DNA of 63,868 nucleotides, filler included, from 12 parts of 12 records of this genome joined end to end with filler, not necessarily neighbours in it, one strand, 5' to 3'; numbered from the whole stretch's first letter, positions 22,154 through 35,200 are shown. A program made the numbers and translations. Notes: generated by a model not told the origin, from the sequence alone.

Positions 22154-24810
22154 TCACAATTCATGGGCAACCGGAGAGGTCGGCATGCGCACACTGACCC
22201 GCTGCACCACACGACGGCAGTCTGTATAGTCTACTTCTCCTTTGTGAATTAACTGTCGATTGTCCCACATCGTTACCTGGTGAGGCACCCATGGAATTGA
22301 GGATGAGAACTCAGGCTTGATCATGTGCTCGTACAAGTGCCCCAGGATCGCGTCAGTCTCCTCGTGGGACATTGCGTCCCCGTCTGGGCCACACAGCGCC
22401 GGAGAGCCATCGGATGTGCCGGTGAACGTCGGCGAACAGAAGAGTGCCGGCTCGCCAGTATCTGGGTGGACCGTGACGAGCGGCTGCAAGGTATCAGGCA
22501 TCATGGGCTTGTCGTTGAGCTTCATGGAGCCGGTTTGTTGCATTGCAGCAAGAGAATTTGTGTCGGAGCCCGGGTTGTAAGCCTTGCCAGCGGAATGGTA
22601 GACCTGAAGCCCGGAAATGAGACGCTTGAAGGCGGGAGAGAGGGCTTCGTACGCCATGATCGTGTTGCAGAACTTCGTGTTATTCGTGCCAAACGGCGGT
22701 GTTTCTGAAGTAGAGCGCAGAAAGCTGTAGGAGGCAGGAAGGGGCTGGAAGGAATGATCAGAATGCCAGTTCTCTCCGAAGATCACTGAGGCAGCCTTTT
22801 CACGTACAATCTCCAGCACTTCCGGGTGGCCATCTAGTCCGTCGGCAACGGCATGAACTTCAGGCTTACCAAAGAGCTTTGTGAACTCAACGTGATCGGC
22901 GACCGAGAGCTCCGGCGACTGGTTGGGAAATGCAAGGATGCCTCCTGAGTCAACAATCGTGTCGCGGATCACCTGGGCAGCAGGATGCGCAACATAATCA
23001 TGAACAGCGGCAGTAGCGTCGAAGAATGAGCCTGACGTGACCCATGGCCAAGATCGTTAGGGCAGACAGGCTGTTGTATACTCACCTGCACGTCCTCATC
23101 AGACCAGTCGTAGTGCTCCGCAATCTTGACTGCAGGCAACACGGCACCCAGTACTCCTCCAGGCTCCTCTGTGAGGCCTGCCAGCAGGCGATGATCGCGG
23201 TGACGGAACCTCGTAGACGGTGCAGAAGTTGATGCATTAATTGCCGGCCAGTTGTACACTGGCACCTCACGCTTGCCTAGGTGATCGTCGACTGTGGTCC
23301 AGCCGGTGGCAAGCGGAGGAAGCTGGATCTGCTGCGTCATCGACCCACTTTTGTGCATCAACTCAGGCTGACTCACGTCCATCACCTCAGACACCGCAAC
23401 GAGCATTGCATCCACGATCTGATCAAGTTCTTCTTTGGTCAATCGTGCTGGTAGGCGCACATCACAGGCGTTGTTCAGCATGGCACGGGTTTGTGGCAGA
23501 TCTGGAACGTGCCCAAGGAACTTCCAGTTCCAGAAGGCACGTGCGTTGTCGCTGCTCAGACCGAAGATCTGCACCTTGCAACCTTGTGCCTCCGCATGCT
23601 TGGCGAAGGCCTTGGCTTGGTCCTGAGTCATGTTTCTAAGGTTGAACTGGATCGAGTCCGGGGCCCTAAGCTCCGGCTCAAGCGGTGGGGGGACGACGAA
23701 GAACGGGCTTTCGTTTAAGCGCTCCGCAACGTAGTCGTGGTTCGCACGGCCGTCCTCGATTCGACGGTCCAAACATGTCGAGATCTGCGGCCGGATCACT
23801 GCTGCGCTGAGGTTTTGCATCCGGACGTTGTAGAGCGGAAGCTGGTTCTGCCACTCAGCAAAGGGTTCCGCGAGCACGTCGTGTTTCTTCCAGTTGTGTT
23901 CGTATGCCCCAGACATAATCACACATTTGGCCGCCAGCTCAGGATCATCCGTGATGAGGATGCCACCCTCACCAGCGTTGACCAGCTTGTACGACTGGAA
24001 AGAAAAGCAGCCGATATTACCCAGTGTGCCAATCTTCTTGTCTTTCCAGAGGGTGCCTAGTGAGTGAGCAGCGTCCTCTATGACCGGCAGCCCACGCTCC
24101 TCGGCCATTGCCATGATGGCATCCATGTCAGAGGTGTGGCCGCGCATGTGGCTAATCAGGATGCAGTCAATGGTATCGTCCAGTTTTGCCTCGAAATCCG
24201 CCAGGTCGATGCGGTAGTTGTCCCCAACTTCGCACAGGACGGGAATGCAGTCGGCGTGCACCACCGCGGACGGCACCGCAGCGAAGGTGAACGCTGGGAT
24301 CAGAACTCGCGCGTCACGTTTCAGCCCGAGCGCCTTGAGCGAGAGGAACAGAGCTGCAGAGCACGAGGACACTGCCAGCGCATACTTCGAGCCCATGTAG
24401 GCCGCAAACTCAGTCTCGAGCAGGGAGACGGGTGAGGGAGATGACGAAGTGTAGCGAAAGAGATCGCCGTTGGCAAGCATCCGGTCGATCTCCTCGCGCG
24501 CAGCGTCGGGAATCGCTTCGGCAGTGTACACATCGATAGGCACCGGCTCTGCCTTCGCCTCGGGCTCGATGCTCACGATATCAGGCTGGACGTCGTCGGC
24601 AGCACGTGGGGCTGTGGCAAACCGCCTAGCGAGGCTGCCGCACGATGCTCGGAGGCTCGGTGCAGTGAGCGTGCAACCAGCACGTGTAGAGCGTGCACCT
24701 GGCGTGCACGCCTGAGCGGCACGCCTCACCGCGATGCTGCCGAGATGCCACGAAGTCCCGAAGCGGCACCAGGTCCCAAAGTTCATTGAGTAGGCCATCA
24801 ACACCGCCAC
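22154..24810 (-). CDS. Fusion of a DegT/DnrJ/EryC1/StrS PLP aminotransferase and a TauD-family Fe/2OG dioxygenase; intron 22973-23085
   Basis: VIEDAAHSLG and CFSFQSYKLVNAGEGG (PLP Lys); phase-0 GTGAGT...CAG intron joins in frame to ENWHSD, HPDTGEPALF, WDNRQLIH; R/S/A-rich N-terminus. Confidence 0.9.
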
Positions 24811-25558
24811 CGCGCGTGGGGCCCCGCGAGTGTCCCAGCTCCTGGCGCTAAGACTGACCTTAACGTATCCCTGACCAACAACGACTTCCTGGCACGAATG
24901 TCCTGCTCCCTGCTCTGCATGGCTCCAATTTTATCTATATTGCATTCAATAATGGTAGTCGTAGAGTGGATGGAATGCGTGGGTCGCGCGGCCGCGGGCG
25001 TCGGCTCCGCGCTCGCGATGCATCTTGTTCTTGATCTTCCATGCACTCAACTCAGCACACCCGCGGCGTGTTCGCTGTTGCATCTCGATCGGAGAGGAAG
25101 TCCGTCCGTGAAGACATGCAACTGCTCCGTGCTCGCGCATGCCGGTACACGGCATGAATATACATATATGATGTGAATGATGATCGAGAAAAGGGTGAGT
25201 CCGCCCCATGCAGACGCTACATCAACTCGTGATTTCTCGACCCGGCCCGCCGCTGAAATCAGTGAATGCTCAATGCGAGAATGAATGTGTATGATGATAT
25301 CACCCACGCTGACGCTGACGGCGGTCCGAGGGCGTGACGCTACACGCGTGAATCTGAATTCTTGGATTCTTCGAAACAGCAGGCGCGAGAACGGTGTGGG
25401 CGCGAGCCTTCCGGTCCGCACTGACCCACTGAGTATCGAGTTGTGGCTGGTGGTCAGAACGCCCTAGGCGGCTAGCTAGCGTTCGCGCCCTCTCTCCGTC
25501 GGCGATCTCCGCCAGTCGGTGGCTGGGCCAGGCGCCAGCAGACGGAGACGCCTCGATC

Positions 25559-26926
25559 ATGGCAGCAACTAACAATCCCGTGAGCCGGCTGGGAGACTAC
25601 CCAGCCGGCTTGGACGATGGGGTGGAGCCGGTGCCGCCGCCGCCGCAGCACAGCCGCCCGTGCGTGCTGCCGCGCGAAATCGCGTGGCTCGGGACGTCGC
25701 TGCGTACGGGCGGCTCGGCGCCGCTCTGGTTGTTCATTCTCGTTCTCCTCGGGGCGGCGCTTGGGTTCTGCCTCGCCGCCCCGGTGACCATGACGCGCGT
25801 TGCGGGACGCCAGCACGCATCGCCGGCGATCTGGCTGTTCAGCATCCTGATTGCGGTGGGCAACGTCCTGATCCTGCCCGCGCTCTTCTCGCTGCGAACG
25901 GCGCTCTCGCCGGACGCCGGTCTCGCCGCGCTGGGGCTCGGCGAAAAGCGAGTGGCACCAAGCACGGCGGCTGCGCTTGCGCGCTGGCGCTGGGTGCACT
26001 ACATGCCGGCGCTGCAGATGCCGGGGACCGGGATCCTGATGGGGTTGGCTCTGCGGGATTCCAGCATGGGGTGGGGTGAGCAGCTGCACTTCTGGCTGCT
26101 CGTGCCGCTGGCGTGTGCCGTCTGCGGCGTGCACGTCTACTTCGCCTGGTGGATGACGATGAAGACCGGCGCGGCGCTCGCGGCCGTCGACATAGAGCGC
26201 GTGACTGCGAGCGCCCATGCCTGCACGCCCTCCGACCGTGAGGCCTGGGTGCGCGACGTGGCGCGGCCCACGGCGAATCTGCACGCCGGCCTCCTGCAGT
26301 CAGTCTCGCAGACCTTCGGGACGGGGCTCGGGGCGACGACCTTCTCGCTGTGGGCCTACGCGCTGGCGGCGTTCTGCAGCACGCTCGACGCCCCGTTCGT
26401 CGCCGCGCTCGACGCGGCAGCTGGCTTCCCGATGGGTGTGGCCATCGCATTTTTCGGCGTCTCCTGTGCCTTCTTGCCCTTGCTTCTGGCCATGGACCTC
26501 GCCCGAGTCTCGACCCTCTGCGACGAACTATTGGAGGTTCTGAATGCCAACAGGCTGGATAACACGCATGATCTCGCCGTGCGCTCTGAGCTCTCGCTCC
26601 TCATCGACTCGCTCAACCACCTGAATGGGCGACAAGGGTTGGGTTTCACCAGCTTTGGTGTGGTGGTGGACATGCGGACGCTATACCGCGTCGGCACCGG
26701 CCTGGTTGGCATGATGTCAACAGTTATCCCGCTGATACTCGGCATGATGGATCCGGAAGTGGCCACCGCGGTGGACTGCGGTGGCGGTGGTGGTGGGGGG
26801 CATAGCACAGCAGGAGTGGTACTTACGAGCATGGAGGCGATGGTGCTTGACACGCTTCGGGTGCCGTCTGATGTCCAGTGCAATGTGAGCTATGGAATCG
26901 TGCAGTGCCATGCTGGAGGCGAATGA
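25559..26926 (+). CDS. Gustatory-receptor-like 7TM ion channel (7TMIC/GRL) candidate
   Basis: About seven hydrophobic segments; C-terminal QGLGFTSFGVVVDMRTLYRVGTGLVG resembles the GR/OR TM7 region. Confidence 0.65.
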   Translation: MAATNNPVSRLGDYPAGLDDGVEPVPPPPQHSRPCVLPREIAWLGTSLRTGGSAPLWLFILVLLGAALGFCLAAPVTMTRVAGRQHASPAIWLFSILIAVGNVLILPALFSLRTALSPDAGLAALGLGEKRVAPSTAAALARWRWVHYMPALQMPGTGILMGLALRDSSMGWGEQLHFWLLVPLACAVCGVHVYFAWWMTMKTGAALAAVDIERVTASAHACTPSDREAWVRDVARPTANLHAGLLQSVSQTFGTGLGATTFSLWAYALAAFCSTLDAPFVAALDAAAGFPMGVAIAFFGVSCAFLPLLLAMDLARVSTLCDELLEVLNANRLDNTHDLAVRSELSLLIDSLNHLNGRQGLGFTSFGVVVDMRTLYRVGTGLVGMMSTVIPLILGMMDPEVATAVDCGGGGGGGHSTAGVVLTSMEAMVLDTLRVPSDVQCNVSYGIVQCHAGGE

Positions 26927-27126
26927 ACACACATGTGGCATCCATAGCTAGACTAACAGCAGTCTCTACACTCTACAGTGAGTAGCAGTCACTCAGTCTC
27001 TAGAGTGAGTACCGTCATTCATATAGGACGATACTTTGCAGACATTACACGCCCAGACCTCGGATTTTCGAGACTGCTCTCTTAAAGTTAGACCCACAGG
27101 TATGCCCGTGCACGTGCACATGACAC

Positions 27127-27148
27127 CGGGCATAAGGCCTTATGCCCG
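27127..27148. repeat. Perfect 22-bp palindrome at contig end
   Basis: CGGGCATAAGGCCTTATGCCCG. Confidence 0.9.
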
Positions 27149-27248
27149 NNNNNNNNNNNNNNNNNNNNNNNNNNNNNNNNNNNNNNNNNNNNTTAATTAA
27201 TTAANNNNNNNNNNNNNNNNNNNNNNNNNNNNNNNNNNNNNNNNNNNN

Positions 27249-30200
27249 AAAGCATCGATGCCATCATCATAGCCATCACTGTCGGTATCTGTGTCGGTGT
27301 CTGCGTTGTCTCCGACGTTGTCTCCATCACCATCCGCCCACTCGGTCGGATCAAGAGGGAACACATCTTGCGCATCTGGGTAGCCATCACCGTCATCATC
27401 AGCGTCCGCTGTATCACCTATACCGTTGCCGTCTGTGTCAACCCATTCTGTGGGATCGAGTGGGAACGCGTCCACACCGTTGTCGTACCCATCGCCATCC
27501 ACATCGCCACTAGCATTGTCTGGGATTCCATCTCCATTGAGATCTGCCGTCTCTGTTGGGTCGAGAGGGAAGTCATCAGCACTGTCAGGCGTACCATCTG
27601 CATCATCATCGCCGTCACGATTGTTTCCTGTTCCATCGCCATCTGTGTCGAGCGTTTCAGTTGGGTCCAGCGGGAAGGCGTCAGCGGAATCTCCCACACC
27701 ATCATTGTCGTCATCGACATCAATCGAGTCGCAAACTCCGTCGCCATCTGTATCTGCGCCAGCTTGTGTGGCGTCCAGAGGAAAGCAGTCAGTATCGTCA
27801 TCTATGCCATCGTTGTCGTCATCAGCGTCCGCGTAATCAAGGACACTGTCTCCATCTGTGTCCGGGCCCCTCGTACTATCGTTCGGGAAGGGGTCGACGG
27901 CATCAGCGACACCGTCGTTGTCGTCATCAGGATCAGCGTTGTCTCCCACACCGTCGCTGTCGAAGTCGGCTGTCTCGGTATAATCGTACGGGAAAGCGTC
28001 AAGAATGTCTGGCATGCCATCAGCGTCAGCGTCGGCGCCGTTCGCGAAGCGCGCCGAAACTGCAGTACCTGCGTTGACGACGTATGTGCACTGGTCTGCA
28101 CGGGTCTGTGCATCACCACATGCCTGTTCATTGGCAGCAGCATCCGCGACTATCACCACCGCACCACACGCGGTGACGTCTGCTGCATTTGATGGGTCGG
28201 TTGCAACGCAGGTGTCCTCTGCACCAGTCATACCACCGGTGGAGGTAAAGTCAACGCTGACGACTGCTGCCAACGTTGTGACAGGGTCTGCCGTGACAGC
28301 CGGAGTACTATCGGTAGAAGTGAGCGCAACATCGGCACCTTCTGGAAGTCCAACAAACGAAGCGATCGCCGTTGCATCTACAGCCACTGTACCACCCAGG
28401 CCTCCCGTAGACGCGACTCCAGAGGAAATGAGAGATGACATCGGTGCTTCAATGACTTGCTCGATGGAAGATGTGGAAACCGATGCGTCGACGCCTGCAT
28501 CAGCCAAGGTAGCTGACAACGAGTCTTCAGATGAGCCGGTCAAAAGCTGGTTCGCAACTGTTGCCGAGTTCTCGCCTGGGGCAACAGTGACTGAAACGGA
28601 CAGCTCAGTCTCGACAAGAACTGTCGCATCGCCATTGTCAGCAGCGGTCAATGCCATACCACTGATTGCCGTTCCTGTCGTGTCCATATTGCTTGTGACC
28701 GAAGTGCCCAAGTCATCCAAGCCACCAGCGAACATGCTAGCCGACTCGAGCTCCAGGACTAGCGCTGTAGAGGCCCCACTCTGCAACCGTCGGGTCTGCG
28801 TTCCAGTGGTGCTGGTATCAGTTGTATCCTCTTGGTGTTGCATCCGGCGCCTCCCGGAGCCCATATCACCAATGCTTACGTCAGATGCATCTAGACCCAA
28901 GCTCACTGCGACTGCATCAATGAAGACCTGCAAAATATCAGCACGGTCAGCGTCCGATGCGCTATCAATCAGGCGTGAATCGAGCCCATCGATATCGATT
29001 GCCTTGGACGCCTTGGCAGTGTAACTGGTCACTTCAACCAAAGCGCCCACAGGATAGATTGCCTCCATAGCAGTGAGCAGCTCAGCGCGAGACACCTTGC
29101 CAGTCACATTTGATGCAGATGACGACGCAATGATTGTATTGTCCCCTTCGATGATCGTCATATCGCGTTTCATGGAAGTAGAGCCGTCGTCGTCTGAATC
29201 CAGGACTGGGTCTGGAAGTGAGAAAGTCAGTTCAGTGGCAGTGTTGAGCAACATCACATCGTCTGTTTCACCGCACATTCGGACGTCACCAGTTTGTGAG
29301 AAGGCTGCTGATAGAGCATTTGGGAAAGAGCTCGAGTCCAACTTATCTGTGACCATCATTGTCGTGTCAATCTTGAATGTGATGGCAATCGCACAAGGGT
29401 CTACGACTCCACCCGAGGTTTCTAGCTCAATAGTGAGAATCGCTACCGTGGCTCCACCAAGTAGGAACTGCACGGTCTCAACGAATTGTATTCGAGCATC
29501 AGCACCACGTTCTGTGCTCGAATCGAAGGATGCCAGGTCGTACCCACGCAGAGTGACGCTTGATACAACCAGCTGCCGGTATTCATTGACCTCAGTCGCC
29601 TGATCGTCCATGGATCCAGTGGCGTACGTGCACACAGGAACACCACTGATCGAAACTGCGGAGCACGTGTTCTGGTTGGCTGTAGCATCAGTGCCAAGCG
29701 GAGCCGAATCACACGCAGTCACGTGCGTGGGCTCAGCTGGATCAATGGCAGTACACATGTCGCCCATGGCTTGTGCAAGAAGCCTGGCCTTGTCGACAGC
29801 TGCTTCGGCGTCGAGATGACCGTCTAGTTCCGCGGCTACTGTGCGAGGCTCAAGCGTTTCCTGGCGTGGTGGGAAGCGATTGTCACCACGCTGATTTCCA
29901 TCTTCATCGGTCCACTCTGTGGGATCGTCGGGGAATGCATCTGCTGTGTTCACGTAACCATCTCCGTCCTTGTCCAAGTCGCTGTTGTCACCAGTGCCGT
30001 CATTGTCAGAGTCAACCCACTCAGTCGGATCTAGAGGGAATAGGTCCACATCATCAAGCACGCCATCGCCATCGTCATCCATATCAGCTTCGTTGCCCTG
30101 CCCGTCGCCATTAGTGTCCGTCGTCTCCGTCGGGTCCAGAGGGAACGCATCCGCCACATTGTCAACGCCGTCGTTGTCAGCGTCAGAATCCAAAAAGTCA

Positions 30201-30985
30201 CCAATGGCATCCCCATCAGTGTCAGACCACTGGCGTGGGTCCAATGGGTACAAGTCCACCGCATCGGCCACGAGATCGCCGTCATCATCTCCATCTGCCG
30301 TGTTGCCGACGCCATCTCCATCAGTGTCGACCGATTCGGTCGGATCTAGTGGGAACAGGTCAGCCACATCTGAAATGCCGTCCGCGTCATCGTCGCTGTC
30401 CACGTTGTTTCCGAAACCGTCTGAGTCGGTGTCAATCCATTCAGTTGGGTCCGCTGGGAACGCGTCAGCGTCATTGTCGTAACCATCGCCATCTGCGTCA
30501 GAGGACCCTTCGTCAGAATCTGATAGACTGTCGCCGTCACTATCATTGTCAATGAAATCTTCAATACCATCGCCATCAGTATCAACAATTCCTTCAGTGC
30601 CATCAGGGATACCATCGTCATCTGAGTCTTCCATACTATCAGGGATTCCATTTCCGTCGCTGTCGAGGTCCAGGAAGTCGGGAGTGTCGTCACCATCCGT
30701 GTCCGCCATGGGTGTGGTTGTAGCAGTGTAAGAGCAACCAGGAGCACAGCTGGCAGCTGTTGTGTCGGCAGACCCAGCGAAGGCAACGGCACAGTCCGGA
30801 GTTGCAACGGCATCTGTGGCCGTGCCGGTGCACGCCTCCACAGTTTCAACATGCCCTTCGAACTTATCGGTGCGTCCATCACCATCACTGTCGAGGTCTA
30901 GATAGTTGAGAATGCCATCACCATCGCTGTCAGCTATGCCCTCAACAGAGTCGGGAATGCCATCGCCATCGCTGTCGTCATCAAG
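27249..30985 (-). CDS. Thrombospondin type-3-like Ca2+-binding repeat surface protein, truncated at both ends
   Basis: Dozens of DxDGDG..D.FPLDPTE repeats in two blocks flanking an S/T-rich region and small Cys modules; frame open across the contig. Confidence 0.88.
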
Positions 30986-31085
30986 NNNNNNNNNNNNNNN
31001 NNNNNNNNNNNNNNNNNNNNNNNNNNNNNTTAATTAATTAANNNNNNNNNNNNNNNNNNNNNNNNNNNNNNNNNNNNNNNNNNNN

Positions 31086-31757
31086 CCGACTAAAGGCTGA
31101 AGTCGCTTGAGTACTTCCTTTGCCACCACCTCGTGCAGAATGGCCGGTTCGGCAGGCAGCTGGTAACTCCCAAGCACCATCACGTTTGGGAGCTTCTTTG
31201 CTGTGTCGACAGCAAGGGGGGCGGTCAAACGACGGAAGAATGGTAGGAGCAGGGCGAGGGGCAGGTTGGTTGCGGCGAAGAGTCACCGACCTAAATGTTG
31301 AGAAAATGCCTCCGCTCGCTCGCTCGGAACAGAGGACTGCTCTGCGGCAGCTGTCATCAATGTGCTCACTGCTGGCATCGGTGACTGCGGCCAACCATGC
31401 CGACGTGTTCAGTAGTTCGAACGCCCAGCGAGGTGAATGCAAGTGCGGAGCCTGGCTGGCAACATGCGCACGTATTTGTTGCTGCTTGACGCAGATAGGT
31501 TTGGCATCGTCCGCGAGTCGTCACCAACCCACACAAACACGGTGCCTGCGCGACCAGCACACTCAGTTGGGGGACGGCGCCGGCGCTGGTGAACGACGCC
31601 GGACGGAGCTGCGGGCTGGCTGGCTGGAGGTCTACTGCGGAGGTCGGCGTCACTGACCAGTGAAGAGCGCGAAAAGCACGTGGACGCGTACACCCTGCCA
31701 TTCCTCTGTAAACTGGTGTAGTTTGATCTGTGGCTCGGGCTCCGGCTCAGGCTCCAT
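31086..31757 (-). CDS. PSMG4: Proteasome assembly chaperone 4 (PAC4), three introns, 3' end at contig break
   Basis: Spliced product IKLHQFTEEWQGVRVH..GTVFVWVG..PNLSAS..KY / PAVSTLM..AFSQHL / AKKL..VLGSYQL matches the PAC4 pattern (LHNF, FLWVG, VSTSL, LAQRLARK, VFVSYNL). Confidence 0.75.
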
Positions 31758-32214
31758 TCCAGCGCCGACGTGTCCGCCCTCCGATGCGTCGCGCCGCGCG
31801 GCGGGCGGCGGCGGCGCCACCAGGCAGGCAGCGCTCCCGCGCGGGCGGAGCCCCGCGCGGCCCCATGCATGCGCACATTTTTCAACACGTATATGCCGGT
31901 ATATATGTGCCCATGACCGGCGCTCGTGGGGGCGGCGGGCCCATGCATGACCGCGGCGCCAGCTTCCCAACGCCCCCGCAGCCAGTCGTGTTGGATTGGA
32001 CATGCACCAGGGCCGCCGCCCATTGCCTTCACACTTTATTCGAATTGTTTCGGAAACTAAAGTGTGAAGGCAATGGGCCGCGGCCTATAGGACTATAAAA
32101 ATCCAGCCGTATTTTGTATGATTCTATACTCAGCTAGATCTAGCTACTAGTAGAAGGTCCGCGTGTGGCTCAAGCACAAGTCGGCGGCGCGGCCCGCGCG
32201 GGCCAACGCCGGCG

Positions 32215-35200
32215 ATGATGCTGCTGCTGCCAGCGATGGGGGTCGTCTCCATGTCCGTAGCGGCGAGCGCAGCCGCCGCGTGCCCGGAGCAGTGCAGCCT
32301 GAACGGCATGTGCTTGCCCACCGGCGCGTGCCAGTGCGATACGCCGTGGACTGGCGCGAACTGTGGCGTGCTGGAGCGGCTGGCGGTAAACGCGACGCAG
32401 CAGCCCGGCGCGTCCATCTTCGGCTACAGCCCGAACGTCTCGAGCTGGGGTGGCAGCATCCTCACCGACGAGCGCGGGCTGCACCACCTATTCGTCGCGC
32501 AGATGCAGACAGGTGGGCTGATCGGCTGGGGCTCCGAGTCGGAGTGTGTGCATGCCACCAGCACCAGCCTCGGCGGGCCCTTTTCCAAGCAGAGCGTGCT
32601 CGTGCCGAAGGAGTGCCACGGTCCCGTCGTCCTGCATGCTCCGGACGGCGAGTACCTCATGCTGCACCAGGGCGACGGCCGAGGATCCGCTCGCAACACC
32701 AGCAGCCCCGCCGACTTCATGCATCACAGCAGCAGCCCCGCAGGCCCGTGGGTGCCGACCACAACCACCCCCGCCTCGCTCGACCCCGAGGGCCGCGGCT
32801 GCGGCATGCCCACGGCGGCCTTCCACCCGAACGGCACACTCTTCGTCGTATGCGGCAACGGCCACCGCTTGTACGCCGCGGACACCTGGGATGGGCACTG
32901 GCGGCTGGTGACAGCGCTGGTGACGCCACCAAAGTGGGAGGACCCTACGCTCTGGTTCGACCGCCGGGGAAACTGGCATATTGTTTACCACGTTTGGGCG
33001 GCAGAACCCTTCGAGGCGCACCACGAGCCCGCCTCAGGCCACGGCTTCAGCAGCACAGGGACAGAGTGGACGTTCTCGACCACCCAGCCTTTCACGGGGA
33101 CGGTCAATTTCACCGATGGCACAAGCAAGCAGTTCGCGACCCGTGAGCGACCACAGATGATCTTTACCGATGCAGCGCGGCACACTCCAGTCGGGCTGAC
33201 CTCTGCAGTGAGCCCGCAACCTTTGGGACCGTGGTGCAAGGAGTGCAAGATGGGAGCATGCTCACAGTGCAAAGTTTCCCCCGGCCGTGACTGGACGTAT
33301 ACGATCTTTCAGGCACTCCGGACGTCACAGAGCACTGCTGAGAGCATACAGAGCACGGTGAAGAGCGACGACGACAGGGCCGTGCCCACCGCTAGGACTG
33401 CTAGCACAACGACTGCTGGCATGACTGTGTCCGTCGACAGTTCGCATGTTTTGTTCGAGGTAAGCGATCGCGGTGAGGCAGGCCTCATGGAGGATCTTGG
33501 TTGCGCTGTCGAAGACACTTGCCCATTCGGCAAGGCCTGGTTCAAGCAGCGGCTCACGCAGCTCGGGAAAGGCGGAGGCAATTCGATGCGGCTTGGTGGG
33601 GGTGCGCAGGCATGCGCTCTCTACAACGTCACCGGCAAGCTCACGCTGGACGCGAACGTGACGAACTCCTACGTCATCAAGCACTACTGCAAGTCGCGGT
33701 TTCCGATTATCATCGATGCCGAGTTCTGGGACAGTGTGCTGGACGACTTGACCGCAGCGAATGTGACTCTCATCTTCGGCGTTAACTTCGCAATCGGGCG
33801 CGCCAATCCGGATCCGAGTGGCGCACCGCCGAAGGATCAGCACTGGTCGCCGGTGTCGTCGGGGTTTGATGAGCTGCTGAAGTACACGGCGAAGCGATCG
33901 CCAAACGTGGTGTTTGCCTTTGAGCTGGGTACGTACGTGACGTACCACTAGTATGTTATCCAGTGCGCTCCTTCCTAGCCTGCCTTGATTACTTGGTTGT
34001 TGCATTCCTCACCTGACCTCTGGCGGCTGACTCAAATTTTCGCTTGGAACGTTCTCTGTCTGTTTCTTACATAGGCAACGAGCCACGCAGCGGCAAATTT
34101 GGCTACATGCCGAGCGGTGAAACGTACGCTGCCGACTGCGCAGCGCTTCGCAGCATGGTGAAGACTGCCTACTGGCCTCTGAAGTATGCCGGCGCCCCCA
34201 CCTCCAGCCTCATCCCGAAGGTCGTCTGCGGAGACTGGAGCTGCGAGGCGGAGCCGAACTCAAAGAAGCCTCCTGATCAGTGGTGGGCGATGGTGGATGG
34301 TCTCAACAAGGCTGCCACCGCGCCGATCGACGGCGATGCGCACGGCTCGGTCGATGCGCTGTCGCTTCACTGGTACCCTGCCAGTAGTGAGGACAAGCAC
34401 GATGCAAAGGAGGATCTGAACGCGACGCGGCTGGATGCATTCAGCGATGTCTTTACGAGGTTCAAGCAAGAGATTGCAGCAGGCTGGGCGGGCGAGGTCT
34501 GGGCGGGCGAGACGGCGAGCCTGCAGAATGGCGGCGGTGACGGTGTCAGCAACGCCTTCCAAAGCACGACATGGCTATGGGATCAGCTAGGCCAGCAGGG
34601 GGAGGCAGGCATCAGCCGCATGCTGCGTGAGAGCATCTCTGTCGGTCGGTATGCCCAGGTCAACTCAACGGATGGCGCGCCCTTGCCTGACTTCTTCTCA
34701 ACGCTGCTCTGGCGAGAGGTGGTGGGGAGCAAGGTGCTCAGCCCGATGGATGATAACGTTCTTGAGGGTAGCACCACCACCACCAACAAAAACACGCGCA
34801 TCGACAACCGCGGCAAGGAGCTGCGGGTGTACTCTCGCTGTGCACGAACGTCAGCAGCGGAGGTCGTGCTCGTGCTTGTCAACCTCTCGCCGACAGTGAC
34901 ATCAACGGTGACGGTCGGCGGAGTCAAACCCGGCAGCCAACAGAAAGAGTGGCTGCTCACAGCTGGCACCGGCACCGAGGTGCGGTTTCGAGTTTCTACG
35001 CTGCTATGTTTACCAATAATCGCTGAAAGTTTTGCTCTGGCTTGCCTACTGCTGCTGTGTACTGTACGCAGGTGTGGAGCTGGGGGCGAAGCAAGGCGGT
35101 TGCGTTGAATGGAAAGGTCTTGAGGCTGAGCAAGGCAGGTGAGCCACCGCAGATGCTACCGAGGAAGAGCCTGGCAGGGGCGGCGGTGAGCGTTGCACCG

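Noticed and set aside
28005-29024. Long antisense ORFs here and opposite most genes
   Set aside because: Expected shadows of GC-rich codon usage; no recognisable motifs
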